Assembly: GCA_963674755.2 (NCBI GenBank)
Contig: CAXXVS010000002.1
Location: 352,001 to 416,000, forward strand
DNA from: Desulfobacterales bacterium
GTDB taxonomy: Bacteria > Desulfobacterota > Desulfobacteria > Desulfobacterales > UBA5852
DNA: 64,000 nucleotides
Direction: 5' to 3'
Within the stretch, counting starts at the first letter, position 1; the number at the start of each line of letters is the position of its first letter. Positions 50,042 through 61,620 of this stretch are shown here, one piece after another. The notes beneath the pieces are model-generated. The model was not told where the DNA came from, did not search any database, and saw only the letters and a program-made list of their open reading frames with translations. Both the position numbers and the translations under genes were made by a program.

Positions 50042-51676
50042 ATGGAGATGGCAGATATGGAAGCTCACGCAGCACCGGAACGGGCCGACGGGCAAGCCTT
50101 TCTCAATCAGCTCAAAGCGACTTTCGCCAAGATGCCCAACGACATCCCACTGCTCCTTTTCACGGAAAAAGGACGGGAGGACGTGTTTGCCCAGGCCAAC
50201 CGCCAGGTCATCCGCGCCTTCCGAGAACTGACCGATAAGATTACCCTGCGCGAATACGATCTCAACCACGATCTGGCGCGCCAATACAATGTCAGCGTTG
50301 CCCCGACCCTGGTCATCGCTCCGGACCGCTATCATATCCAGTGGATCGGTGCCCCCATGGGGGAGGAGGCGCGCACCTTCCTGGAGTTGCTCATGCTGGT
50401 GGGCTCCGGCAACAGCAATGCCAGTGATCAATCCCTGAAGGTTCTCGATCGGATCGAGGACCCCCGACAGGTCAAGGTGTTTATCAGCCCCAGTTGCCCC
50501 TACTGCCCCCAGCAGGCCGTCAACGGCGTCAAAGCCGCCGTGGCGCGTCCGGATCTGGTATCCCTCGAACTCGTCGATATCCAGTGCCGGCCGGACATCG
50601 CCCAGCAATACGGGGCCCACAGCGTTCCCATGGCGTTTGCCAATGAAACCCTGATCGGACAGGGGGCCCAGGCCGAAGAAGTCTTCATGAGCTCGCTGCA
50701 GAAGCTGGAACCCCAGACGATTTTCATCCCTGATGTGGATGCCGAAGTGGTGGAAACCGACCTCACCATTATCGGTGGAGGCCCTGCCGGAATAACAGCC
50801 GCCATCTATGCCGTGCGCAGCGGTCTTAAAACCGCGCTGGTGGAAGCCGAAGCCCTGGGGGGACAGGTGGCGACCACGCCTATCGTGGAAAATTATCCCG
50901 GCTTCACCCAGGTAGGCGGCAAAACCCTGGTGGACATTATGGTCAATCACGCTCTGGAGTATGTCCAAATCTTTCAAGGGGAAAAAGTCGTCGATATCAA
51001 GCCGGGCACGCCTCACGAAGTCGTGACCACCCGGCGCCGCTTCCTTACCAAAACCATCCTGCTGGCTACGGGCGCCAACCACCGCAAGCTCGGCGTACCC
51101 GGAGAGAATCGCCTGAGCGGTCGTGGCGTCAGTTATTGCGCCACCTGCGACGGCCCGCTGTTCCGTGATAAGAAGGTCATCATGATAGGAGGCGGCAACA
51201 GCGCCGTGACCGAGGCCCTCCATCTCCACCACATGGGCGCGGCGGTCACCCTCGTACACCGCCGCGACAAGTTGCGGGCCCAGGAATTCCTCGTCAAGAA
51301 TATCGAGGAGGCCGGGATTCCTGTCTTGTGGAACACCGAAGTCAAGGAGATCCTGGGCGATGAACGTGTTTCGGCGGTTGAGCTTGTCAACAACCAAACC
51401 CAGGAAACTTCGACGCTCCCCGTTGATGGTGTCTTCTTGTCCATCGGCTATACGCCGGCCGTGGCGTTGGCCAAGAAGATCGGGGTGGAACTCACCGAAG
51501 AGGGCTACATCGCCCGGGATGCCAAGCATCGCACCAATGTACCGGGAATCTACGCCGCCGGCGACGTGGAAGGCGGCTACAAGCAGATCGTCACCGCCAC
51601 CGGCATGGGGGCCGAAGCCGCCATGACCATTTTCGAAGACATTATCAATCCCTATTGGCACGCGTCCTCTTCCTGA
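50042..51676 (+). CDS. Thioredoxin reductase fused to an AhpF/PDO-like double thioredoxin N-terminal domain
   Basis: CPYC in the second Trx fold; IIGGGPAG, VENYPG, VSYCATCDG, GGGNSA, HRRD, YAAGD. Confidence 0.92.
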   Translation: MEMADMEAHAAPERADGQAFLNQLKATFAKMPNDIPLLLFTEKGREDVFAQANRQVIRAFRELTDKITLREYDLNHDLARQYNVSVAPTLVIAPDRYHIQWIGAPMGEEARTFLELLMLVGSGNSNASDQSLKVLDRIEDPRQVKVFISPSCPYCPQQAVNGVKAAVARPDLVSLELVDIQCRPDIAQQYGAHSVPMAFANETLIGQGAQAEEVFMSSLQKLEPQTIFIPDVDAEVVETDLTIIGGGPAGITAAIYAVRSGLKTALVEAEALGGQVATTPIVENYPGFTQVGGKTLVDIMVNHALEYVQIFQGEKVVDIKPGTPHEVVTTRRRFLTKTILLATGANHRKLGVPGENRLSGRGVSYCATCDGPLFRDKKVIMIGGGNSAVTEALHLHHMGAAVTLVHRRDKLRAQEFLVKNIEEAGIPVLWNTEVKEILGDERVSAVELVNNQTQETSTLPVDGVFLSIGYTPAVALAKKIGVELTEEGYIARDAKHRTNVPGIYAAGDVEGGYKQIVTATGMGAEAAMTIFEDIINPYWHASSS

Positions 51677-51844
51677 CCCCGCCTGCCTTTTGCAATGCCG
51701 GCCGCGATCCGGGCAATCGGGTTGCGGCTGGACTTTTTTGACCTCCCATGGCAAATTCGAGGCAAGGGGAATGCGACCGGTTGTAACTACCGGTCCGTTT
51801 TATGGGGGAGAGCCCCACCACCGCTTTGCCAGGGAGGATGAAAC

Positions 51845-53671
51845 GTGCAAAAAGGCTGGCCTGCCCACCTCGTTTGGATCCTGATGGCGCTCCTGCTGAT
51901 GGTCGCACCGGCCGCCGCTGCCGACGGCAGCGAGCCTTCTGCAACGACTCCCGCCATCGATTTTCCGCGAAGCCTTGACAGCTACGACGACCCGGCCGAC
52001 GCCAGCCTTGGAGCGATTCTGGAGCATCGTATTAAGGTGGCGCCTTTCAACCTTGTGGCCACTTTGATCTTTTTTGCCGCCATATTGCATACCTTCCTCA
52101 CCAGCCGTTTCATGGCAATTGCCCACCGCTGGTCCCATCAGCATCAGGAAAAACAGGCGCAGGGTCTCGCCCCAAGGCATTCCGTGCATATCGGTGCCGA
52201 ACTGTTCCACTTTCTGGGGGAGATCGAAGTGGTCTTCGGTCTCTGGGCGGCCGTGTTGACCCTGGCCATTTTTATCTTCTATGACTGGGGCACCCTTCAC
52301 GATTACATCACCCGCCGGGTCAATTTTACCGAACCCATGTTTGTCGTGGTGATCATGACCCTGGCGGCCACCCGTCCCATTCTGAAACTGACTGAATCCA
52401 TCCTGTCGCTTATGGCCCGCCTTCTGGGGGGATCGCTCAAGGCCTGGTGGGTGACGCTCCTGACCGTGGGGCCCCTGCTGGGCTCCCTGATCACGGAGCC
52501 GGCGGCCATGACCATCACGGCCCTGCTGCTGGCCCGCAAATTCTACGATCTCGAACCTTCCAACCCGTTAAAGTACAGCACCTTGGGGCTGCTCTTCGTC
52601 AACGTTTCGGTGGGGGGGACCTTGTCCCATTTCGCTGCGCCCCCCGTCCTCATGGTGGCCGGGCCCTGGAACTGGGACATGCTCCACATGATTACCCATT
52701 TCGGCTGGAAGGCGGTCCTGGGCATCCTGATTTCCAACGGTCTTTATTTTTTAGTGTTCCGGCGCGAGCTGAGCTCGCTCGAGAAAACCTTCGCCATGGT
52801 CAGCCTCAAGGACGAGATCCAGCGCACGTATGTCAAGCGGGAAGAAATCGAACCGGAATTCGATCGCATGGGGGCTGCTCTCAGTAAAGAACTGGGCTTC
52901 GGCGCGGCGGTGGAGCGCCGCTATGCCGCCTTGAAGCGGGAGGTCTTAAAGAAGCTGCGGCACAAATACGATGACGACATGCGTGCCCGCAACATAGACC
53001 CGCAACTGGCCCAGGCCGCCTTCGACATGCGCTTCGAAGAGGTCAAACGCCAGAACCTGCGGCGCACCTTTCCCGGCCTGCTGCCCAAGGAGCAACGCCC
53101 CAACTACCTGGACCCGGAGTGGGACAACCGGGATGATCCGGTGCCCGCCTGGGTCATCGTCATCCATGTCCTGTTCATGACCTGGACCATCGTGAACGCC
53201 CACGCCCCGGCCTTTTTTATCCCCGGTGTCCTGTTCTTCCTGGGATTTTCCCAGGTGAGCGCGCCTTTTCAGAACCGGATCGATCTCAAACCACCCCTCC
53301 TGGTGGGGTTTTTCCTGGGTGGGCTGGTCATCCACGGGGGGGTGCAGGGATGGTGGATCGCGCCGGTTCTGGGCACTCTGGCGGAGATCCCCCTGATGCT
53401 GGGGGCCACCGTGTTGACCGCCTTCAACGACAACGCCGCCATCACCTATTTGAGCACCCTGGTGCCGGATTTGACCGATGCCCTGAAGTATGCCGTAGTG
53501 GCAGGGGCGGTCGCCGGCGGCGGCCTGACGATCATCGCCAACGCCCCCAACCCGGCGGGGCAGAGCATCCTCAAGAAGTATTTTCACAACGGCATCTCCC
53601 CCATCATGCTGTTGGCGGCCGCTCTAATCCCCACCTTGATCATGCTGGCATGCTTTATCCTGTTCCGTTAG
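51845..53671 (+). CDS. DUF1504-like putative Na+/H+ antiporter
   Basis: 'HFLGEIEVVFGLW', 'NFTEPMFV', 'ITEPAAMT', 'NDNAAITYL', 'GGGLTIIANAPNPAG'. Confidence 0.82.
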   Translation: MQKGWPAHLVWILMALLLMVAPAAAADGSEPSATTPAIDFPRSLDSYDDPADASLGAILEHRIKVAPFNLVATLIFFAAILHTFLTSRFMAIAHRWSHQHQEKQAQGLAPRHSVHIGAELFHFLGEIEVVFGLWAAVLTLAIFIFYDWGTLHDYITRRVNFTEPMFVVVIMTLAATRPILKLTESILSLMARLLGGSLKAWWVTLLTVGPLLGSLITEPAAMTITALLLARKFYDLEPSNPLKYSTLGLLFVNVSVGGTLSHFAAPPVLMVAGPWNWDMLHMITHFGWKAVLGILISNGLYFLVFRRELSSLEKTFAMVSLKDEIQRTYVKREEIEPEFDRMGAALSKELGFGAAVERRYAALKREVLKKLRHKYDDDMRARNIDPQLAQAAFDMRFEEVKRQNLRRTFPGLLPKEQRPNYLDPEWDNRDDPVPAWVIVIHVLFMTWTIVNAHAPAFFIPGVLFFLGFSQVSAPFQNRIDLKPPLLVGFFLGGLVIHGGVQGWWIAPVLGTLAEIPLMLGATVLTAFNDNAAITYLSTLVPDLTDALKYAVVAGAVAGGGLTIIANAPNPAGQSILKKYFHNGISPIMLLAAALIPTLIMLACFILFR

Positions 53672-53689
53672 CGGTTTGGAATTGCCAAC

Positions 53690-53707
53690 TGTAAAAAAAT
53701 CTGACAC
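53690..53707. promoter_or_regulatory. Candidate activator binding site (copy 1)
   Basis: TGTAAAAAAATCTGACAC; matches 56896-56912 at 16 of 17 positions. Confidence 0.65.
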
Positions 53708-53802
53708 CTTAATGAAGCGTTTTGGTTGTCGCTCCCGGCGGCCGTCTTAGCAAGATCGCGTGATTGCGGTTCAGGAGACGATTCGCCGGGCGGATTCAGT
53801 TC

Positions 53803-53818
53803 TGGCACGCGGTTTGCT
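53803..53818 (+). promoter_or_regulatory. Consensus sigma54 promoter
   Basis: TGGCACGCGGTTTGCT. Confidence 0.85.
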
Positions 53819-53904
53819 CGTATCCACACCGGAACCTCGGCATCCGCTGGGAAAAACTGCTGTTAACGTCAACGTGTCTCCCGCTCATGGCCATCAACTT
53901 ACCC

Positions 53905-55372
53905 ATGTGGAACCGTATCGTTTTACGCAAGCGCATTTATCTGGTACTGGCCGCACTGGTCCTGATTACCTTCATGGGCGCTGTCGTCATGATCTGGTAC
54001 ACCTACCGGATCGAAGGCCTGATTACCGCCGTGGCCGACCAAAACATAAAAGCCTTGGAAACGGCCGAGGATCTTCAAATCGCCCTGGCTAATCAGAAGG
54101 GCTTTGTCTCCTATTATTTCCTGGACGGCAACCCGGACTGGCTGCGGCAGTTGCGCGACTATCAGCAGCGCTTCAACCGTAAATTGAAAGACGCCCAAGC
54201 CCTGGCCGTCTCGTCCGAGCAGAAAGAAACCCTGGGGCGCATTGCGGCCGAATACGCGCAATACGTCACCTCCCGCGACAAGGTCATTGCGCTCTACAAA
54301 CAGGGTGATTCAAGTGCCGGCGCCCTCTTGCACGAAGAAGTCCGTGAGCGCTTCTTCACGATTCTCGCGTTGTGCGAACGCTTCAAGGCCGTCAACGTTC
54401 AGAACATCATCGACGCCCGCCAGGAAAGCCGGGCCGAAGCCCAGCGCCTGCGCAGCATCGCCGTGGTGGCCATCCTGATGAATTTCGTCCTGGCCCTCCT
54501 TCTGGCGACCATTGTCGTCAAAGAGATTCTGGGGCCCATTCGCGATCTGATCCAGGCGGTCACCCACGATGCGGTGGTGACGAAGAAGGAAAATGTCATC
54601 AAGGTGCTAAGCCACCGGGTCTACGATCTGCTCGACAATATGGACTCCACCCAATCCGAGCTTGAGAAAAGCCGGGAAAACTTGCTGCAGGCCAAAAAGC
54701 TGGCCGTGGTCGGCAAACTGGCGGCCGGCATGGCCCACAGCATCCGCAATCCGTTTACCTCGGTGAAAATGCGTCTGTTTTCCCTTGAGCGTACGCTGGA
54801 ACTGTCGGATGTCCAGCAGGAAGACTTCGATGTCATTTCGGAAGAGATTCGCCATATCGACACCATCGTGCAAAACTTCCTGGAATTTTCGCGGCCGCCC
54901 AAGCTGGCCATGCAATCAGTCAGTCCTTCCACCGTGGTGGATACCGTGATTCAGCTGCTGTCCCATCGGCTCAAATCCTATGAGGTCGAGGTGGCGATCG
55001 TCCGTGACGGCGCCCTCCCGGAGGTGGAGGCCGATCCGGACCAATTGAAGGAAGTGCTGGTCAACCTGGTCATCAACGCCTGTGAGGCCCTGGGGCGGGG
55101 CGGGGCCATCAAAATCGAAGAATTGGTGTCCCGGGGACCCCACGGAAAGCGGGAAACCCTGATCCGGGTTTGCGACAACGGGCCCGGCATTCCGGCCAGT
55201 CTTCACGAAAAAGTGTTCGAGCCCTTTTTCACCACCAAGGAGGAAGGCACCGGTCTGGGCATGAGTATCGCCCAGCGTATTGTCAACGAACACAAAGGAT
55301 GGATCGATATTGCCGAAACCGAAGGTGGCGGTACCACCGTCATCGTGACACTGCCGGTCAAGGAGTTTGCGG

Positions 55373-55380
<8 letters not shown>
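53905..55380 (+). CDS. Sensor histidine kinase with periplasmic four-helix-bundle sensor (start 53905 or 53887)
   Basis: Two TMs, H-box AHSIRNP, N-box NLVINA, DNGPGI, FFTTK..GTGLG; the ORF-track start overlaps the sigma54 promoter, so it was trimmed. Confidence 0.92.
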
Positions 55381-56809
<1,429 letters not shown>

Positions 56810-56873
56810 AGGCTGCTCCCGCTCTCCCCTGTGTCCTCCCGCGCTTGCCTGGGAAGACAATATTTCTGCCAGC

Positions 56874-56912
56874 GTGTCATGGCTTTTAACGGCCCGTAAA
56901 AAAACCTGACAC
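56874..56912. promoter_or_regulatory. Candidate activator binding site (copy 2 plus an inverted partner)
   Basis: GTGTCATGGCTTTTAAC followed by GTAAAAAAACCTGACAC. Confidence 0.65.
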
Positions 56913-57003
56913 CCCTCCTTTGCGACGTTCTGTCGGATCATCCCCGCAGGTAAAAAAATAAAGAAATAACAATGAGATGTGTGTGGTGGTTCGACGCCAC
57001 GGA

Positions 57004-57019
57004 TGGCATGGTTGTTGCT
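57004..57019 (+). promoter_or_regulatory. Consensus sigma54 promoter
   Basis: TGGCATGGTTGTTGCT, preceded by an A-rich tract at about 56950-56975. Confidence 0.85.
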
Positions 57020-57063
57020 CAAAGGGGGGTGTCATCATCCTTATCTATAGGGGACCAGTCCGG

Positions 57064-58773
57064 ATGCTGAGAAAAGAACTGCTGCAACAGCCCTACTATC
57101 GATCGCTGACCCTGAATATGACAGTGACCATCATCGTTGTCTCCTTCATTCCCGTCTTTCTGGTGGGGAGTACCATTTATTACAATTTCTACGCCTCCTA
57201 CCGCGAAAAGGTTTATGCCCATCTGGAGGAGCTGGTGGAGAAACACCGGCAGCAGATCGACGATTTTCTCGTGGATAAACTGGCCGATATCCGCTTCATG
57301 GCGCGGAATCTGGGGTATCGCAATCTGAGCAACGAAGCCTTTCTGCAGACCACCCTGGCCTCCCTGCAGCGCAACTATAATCACGTTTTCGTTGATCTCG
57401 GGGTGGTGAACGGTGACGGGCAGCAGGTGGCCTATGCCGGCCCCTTCAAACTGGCGGAAGCCGATTATGCCGACACGGACTGGTTTCAGCAGGCCATGAA
57501 GAAAGATTACGTGATCAGCGATGTTTTTCTAGGGCTGCGGCGCCTGCCCCATTTCATTGTGGCCGTCAAGAATACCTTCGGCGGCCAACCATGGATCCTG
57601 CGGGCCACCATCGATTTCGTCATCTTCAACGATCTGGTGGAAAACATCCGGGTGGGGGAGACCGGTTTCGCCTTCATTCTGAACCGTAGCGGTGAATTCC
57701 AGACCACCCCCCTGGTCAATTTCGTTCCCCGCAAAGGCTGCTACGGGCATTTCTTCGACTGCAGCAAGGCCTTGGACGACCGGGTCACCATCATGGAGCA
57801 GGAAGACGACGGGAAAAAGTATATTTATGTCACCGCCCTGCTCAAAGACAAAAACTGGCTTCTGGTCTACCGCCAGGAGAGTGCCGACGCCTTTTCGCAT
57901 TTGCGGCGGGCCCAGATCATCTCCATCGCCATCTTCATCGTCGGCGGGGTCAGCATTCTTATGATGGCCTTCATGCTGTCACTCCGGCAGGTCGAGCGCA
58001 TCAAGGAGGCGGATCGGGCCAAAGAGCTGATGAACCAGCAGGTGATCGAAACCGGCAAGCTAGCTTCGATCGGAGAGCTGGCCGCCGGGATTGCCCACGA
58101 AATCAACAACCCGGTGGCCATCATGGTGGAAGAAGCCGGATGGATTCAGGACCTGCTGGAAGAGGAGGAATTCTCCCCAAGTGCGAACCTGGAAGAATTC
58201 GAGCGGGCCTTGAAGCAGATCAACACCCAGGGCAAACGCTGCAAGGAGATCACGCACAAGCTGCTCAGTTTCGCGCGCAAAACCGATTCCCGCCTCCAGA
58301 ACTTTGCCATCAACGATCTCATCGAGGAAGTCATCGGGCTTTCCCAGCAGCGGGCCAAATACGCCAAGGTGACCATCACGCCGCAGCTGGCGGATAACCT
58401 GCCAGCCCTTCAGGCCTCCCCCTCCGAGATGCAGCAGGTTTTTCTCAATCTGATCAACAATGCCGTGGATGCCATGGATAAGGAAGGCGGCGAACTTAAG
58501 GTCACCACCGGCCACCGGGGGGAGCACCTCGTGGTGGAAGTGCGGGACACCGGCCCGGGAATTCCGCCGGCCAACCTGGATCGCATCTTCGATCCGTTCT
58601 ACACCACCAAACCGGTGGGCAAAGGAACCGGTTTGGGGCTCTCCATTTGCTACGGCATCATTAAAAAGATGGGGGGCGATATCAGCGTCCGCAGCGTCAT
58701 GGATGAAGGCACGACCTTCACCATCGAGCTTCCCATCGGCACGACAGGCGCTGCAAACATGAACGACGCCTAA
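57064..58773 (+). CDS. Sensor histidine kinase with Cache-type periplasmic domain
   Basis: TM, 'ISDVFLGLRRLPHFIVAV', 'GETGFAFILN', TM, AHEINNP, DTGPGI, FYTTKPVGKGTGLG. Confidence 0.93.
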   Translation: MLRKELLQQPYYRSLTLNMTVTIIVVSFIPVFLVGSTIYYNFYASYREKVYAHLEELVEKHRQQIDDFLVDKLADIRFMARNLGYRNLSNEAFLQTTLASLQRNYNHVFVDLGVVNGDGQQVAYAGPFKLAEADYADTDWFQQAMKKDYVISDVFLGLRRLPHFIVAVKNTFGGQPWILRATIDFVIFNDLVENIRVGETGFAFILNRSGEFQTTPLVNFVPRKGCYGHFFDCSKALDDRVTIMEQEDDGKKYIYVTALLKDKNWLLVYRQESADAFSHLRRAQIISIAIFIVGGVSILMMAFMLSLRQVERIKEADRAKELMNQQVIETGKLASIGELAAGIAHEINNPVAIMVEEAGWIQDLLEEEEFSPSANLEEFERALKQINTQGKRCKEITHKLLSFARKTDSRLQNFAINDLIEEVIGLSQQRAKYAKVTITPQLADNLPALQASPSEMQQVFLNLINNAVDAMDKEGGELKVTTGHRGEHLVVEVRDTGPGIPPANLDRIFDPFYTTKPVGKGTGLGLSICYGIIKKMGGDISVRSVMDEGTTFTIELPIGTTGAANMNDA

Positions 58774-58866
58774 TGGCCGTTAAACCGTGTCCTTGCCGAG
58801 ATGCCATTCACGGAGGGACGCTAAAAAGAAAATTTGCTCCCGGTCAATTCTAAAAGGAGAAGAGCC

Positions 58867-59307
58867 ATGATGGACTTACTGGAACCGATTGTTTTGCTGG
58901 TGGACGATGAGGCGCCGTTTGTCGAGACCATGACCAAACGGTTGACCAAGCGTAAACTGGGCGTCCTGCAAGCCCTCGGCGGGGAGGAAGCCCTGCAGGT
59001 ATTGAAGGAAGACGACCGGGTCGATGTGGTCATCCTGGATGTCAAGATGCCGGGCATGGACGGCATCGAGACCCTGAAAGAGATCCGCAAGGAACACCCC
59101 TTGGTGGAGGTGATCATGCTGACCGGTCATGCCACGGTGGAAACCAGCATCGAAGGGATGCGTCTGGGGGCGTTCGACTACCTGATGAAGCCCTGTGACA
59201 TGGATGTGCTCATGGAAAAGGTGAATACCGCCACCAAAAAGAAGCGGGATCATGAAGAGAAGATTCGCGAAGCCCGGGTGAGTGCCATTCTCAAAGCCCG
59301 CACCTGA
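58867..59307 (+). CDS. Single-domain response regulator
   Basis: LLVDDE, ILDVKMPG, MLTGH, YLMKP; AGGAG RBS. Confidence 0.93.
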   Translation: MMDLLEPIVLLVDDEAPFVETMTKRLTKRKLGVLQALGGEEALQVLKEDDRVDVVILDVKMPGMDGIETLKEIRKEHPLVEVIMLTGHATVETSIEGMRLGAFDYLMKPCDMDVLMEKVNTATKKKRDHEEKIREARVSAILKART

Positions 59308-59462
59308 TTGACCCGGTGCCGTTGTTGAGGAATGCTGTGCGCGGTCGTTCGGATTTCGTCGGCCGACGCCTGGCCACGGAGCCATCTGCAGTCGCGAAGC
59401 GGGGATGCCACAATGCAGGGAAATTTACAACCGAGACAGGCCGCGTCGCTAGGGGAGGCAAC

Positions 59463-59837
59463 ATGCCGAAGACCATAAAACTGCTTCTCGTGGACGATGA
59501 GATCGGCTTTGTCGAGGTTCTTGGCAAACGCTTGTCGAAACGCAATATGGACGTAACGGCGGTTTACAGCGGAACCAAGGCGATCCAGAGCTTGCGGAAG
59601 CAAGATTTCGACGTGGCCGTCCTCGACCTCAAACTGGAGGATATGGACGGGATCGAAATCCTCAGAATCTTCAAGAAGCTGGTGCCGGACATGCCGGTGA
59701 TCATGCTCACCGGCCACGGTTCCGAGGAGGCGGCCCGGGAGGGCATGGCCTGCGGGGCCTTCGATTACCTGACCAAACCCAGTGACCTTGACGATCTGGT
59801 GCAGAAGATTTGCCAGGCCGTCGGACAGGAGAAATGA
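59463..59837 (+). CDS. Single-domain response regulator
   Basis: LLVDDE, VLDLKLED, MLTGH, YLTKP; GGAGG RBS. Confidence 0.93.
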   Translation: MPKTIKLLLVDDEIGFVEVLGKRLSKRNMDVTAVYSGTKAIQSLRKQDFDVAVLDLKLEDMDGIEILRIFKKLVPDMPVIMLTGHGSEEAAREGMACGAFDYLTKPSDLDDLVQKICQAVGQEK

Positions 59838-59838
59838 C

Positions 59839-60267
59839 ATGACGGAGAAACCGACCGTCCTGTTTGTGGATGATGAGGAAGATTACCTGACGACGCTGCT
59901 GAAACGCATGCGCAAACGTGATGTCGAGGCCGCCGGCGTCGGCAGCGGAGAGGAAGCCCTGGCCTATCTTGACAGCCATTTGGCCGACGTGGTGGTGCTC
60001 GATGTGCGCATGCCCGGCATGGACGGTATCGAAACCCTGCGTCAGATCAAGAAGACGGCCCCCCTGACCGAAGTCATCATGCTCACCGGCCACGCCAGTC
60101 TGGAGGCCGCGCGGGAAGGCATGGAACTGGGGGCCTTCGACTACCTGATGAAGCCGGTGGATATCGACGAACTGCTCTACAAACTCGAAGACGCCTATAA
60201 AAACAAAACGATCCAGGAAGCCAAGATCAAGGCTCTCGACGCCATGCTGACGTCCGAGAGCCTGTGA
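59839..60267 (+). CDS. Single-domain response regulator
   Basis: LFVDDE, VLDVRMPG, MLTGH, YLMKP; AGGAG RBS. Confidence 0.93.
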   Translation: MTEKPTVLFVDDEEDYLTTLLKRMRKRDVEAAGVGSGEEALAYLDSHLADVVVLDVRMPGMDGIETLRQIKKTAPLTEVIMLTGHASLEAAREGMELGAFDYLMKPVDIDELLYKLEDAYKNKTIQEAKIKALDAMLTSESL

Positions 60268-60328
60268 GCAGTGTGCTTAGACTATTGTCGTCGCATTGAA
60301 AAACCTTTCATGGGAGGAGAAAACTGCA

Positions 60329-61620
60329 ATGAACTTTTTCCGACAATGGGGCCGGTTCATGATGGCGGGTTCCAGGGCCTTCGCCGCGTGGGAAATCCAC
60401 AACGCCGAGAGCATTCTCAAAGATCGCAAGCGGCTCCTGCTGCTGGGGCTGATGCTGATTCCGATTCTCCTGGGGGGCATCGCCTTTGCCGAGCAGATCG
60501 GCGGGGCCCTGCCGAACCTTCTGGGCGGCAAGAAGGCTTACAGTCCCGCCTTTTACAGTACGGGGATTTTTATCATCTCGATCCTGATCGGCCTGGGGGC
60601 CGGTTTGATCACGGGCTGCATCGGTGCCGGCGGCGGGTTTATCATCGCTCCGGCCCTCATGAGCGCGGGCATCAAGGGCATTCTGGCCGTGGGCACGGAT
60701 TTGTTTCACATTTTCGCTAAAGCGATCATGGGCAGTGTCATCCACCGCAAATTGGGCAATGTCTCCGTGCCCCTGGCCGGTGTCTTTCTGCTGGGGGCCA
60801 TCGTCGGGGCCACGGTGGGCGGTGTGATCAACCGGGTGCTGTATGAGATCAATCCGGTCCTCAGCGATGCCTTTATCACCACGGTCTATGCCGGAATGCT
60901 GGGCTTCCTGGGGATTTACGCCATGCTGGACTTCCTCAATGCCCGCAAGGGCGGGCAGGCCGATGCCGGCGCCCATGGTGCCAAGGACGAGGGGGCCGCG
61001 ATGGGTGGCCTGCCCAAAAAACTGCAGGGCCTCAAGATTCCCCCGATGGTGCGCTTCGACCATGACCTGGTGCCGGGCGGACGCGCTATCTCCTGGGTTT
61101 TTCTGGTGCTCAGCGGTGCCCTGGTGGGGCTTGCCGCCGGTATCATGGGGGTGGGGGGCGGTTTCCTGACCTTCCCGATTTTCGTTTATGTCCTGGGGGT
61201 TTCCTCCATGACCACCGTGGGACCGACATTTTCCAGATCGTGTTCACGGCCGGCTATGCCGCCATCAGCCAGTATGCCATCTACGGGTTTATCTTCTACA
61301 CCCTGGCCATGGGCATGCTTCTGGGATCCCTGGTGGGAATCCAGGTCGGGGCCATGGTCACCAAGGTCGTCAAGGGGATCACCATCCGCGGATTTTATGC
61401 CATGGCCGTGCTGGCGGGTTTTGTGAACCGGGCCTTTGCCCTGCCTGCCAAACTGGGGGAGATGGGCGTCATTCCCATTTCGCCGGCCCTTGGCAAAACG
61501 CTGGAGACCGTCGGTGTATGGGCCTTTTTCATCGTGATTGCCGGCTTCGGGGCCTGGGTCATCGGAACCTTCTTGACCAATATCAGCAAGCTGAAGGGGC
61601 AGGGGGAGGTGCACTCATGA
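60329..61620 (+). pseudogene. TauE/SafE (TSUP, DUF81) permease split by a 1-nt deletion at about 61220 (real lesion or sequencing error)
   Basis: GCIGAGGGF...AVGTDLF repeat 1 and GIMGVGGGF...TTVG|TDIFQ repeat 2; the frame changes at GTGGGACCGAC and continues as ORF 61240..61620. Confidence 0.85.

Noticed and set aside
51749..51765. Possible sigma54 promoter TGGCAAATTCGAGGCAA before the DUF1504-like gene
   Set aside because: GG-N10-GC spacing fits, but the -12 element lacks TT and the match is weak.
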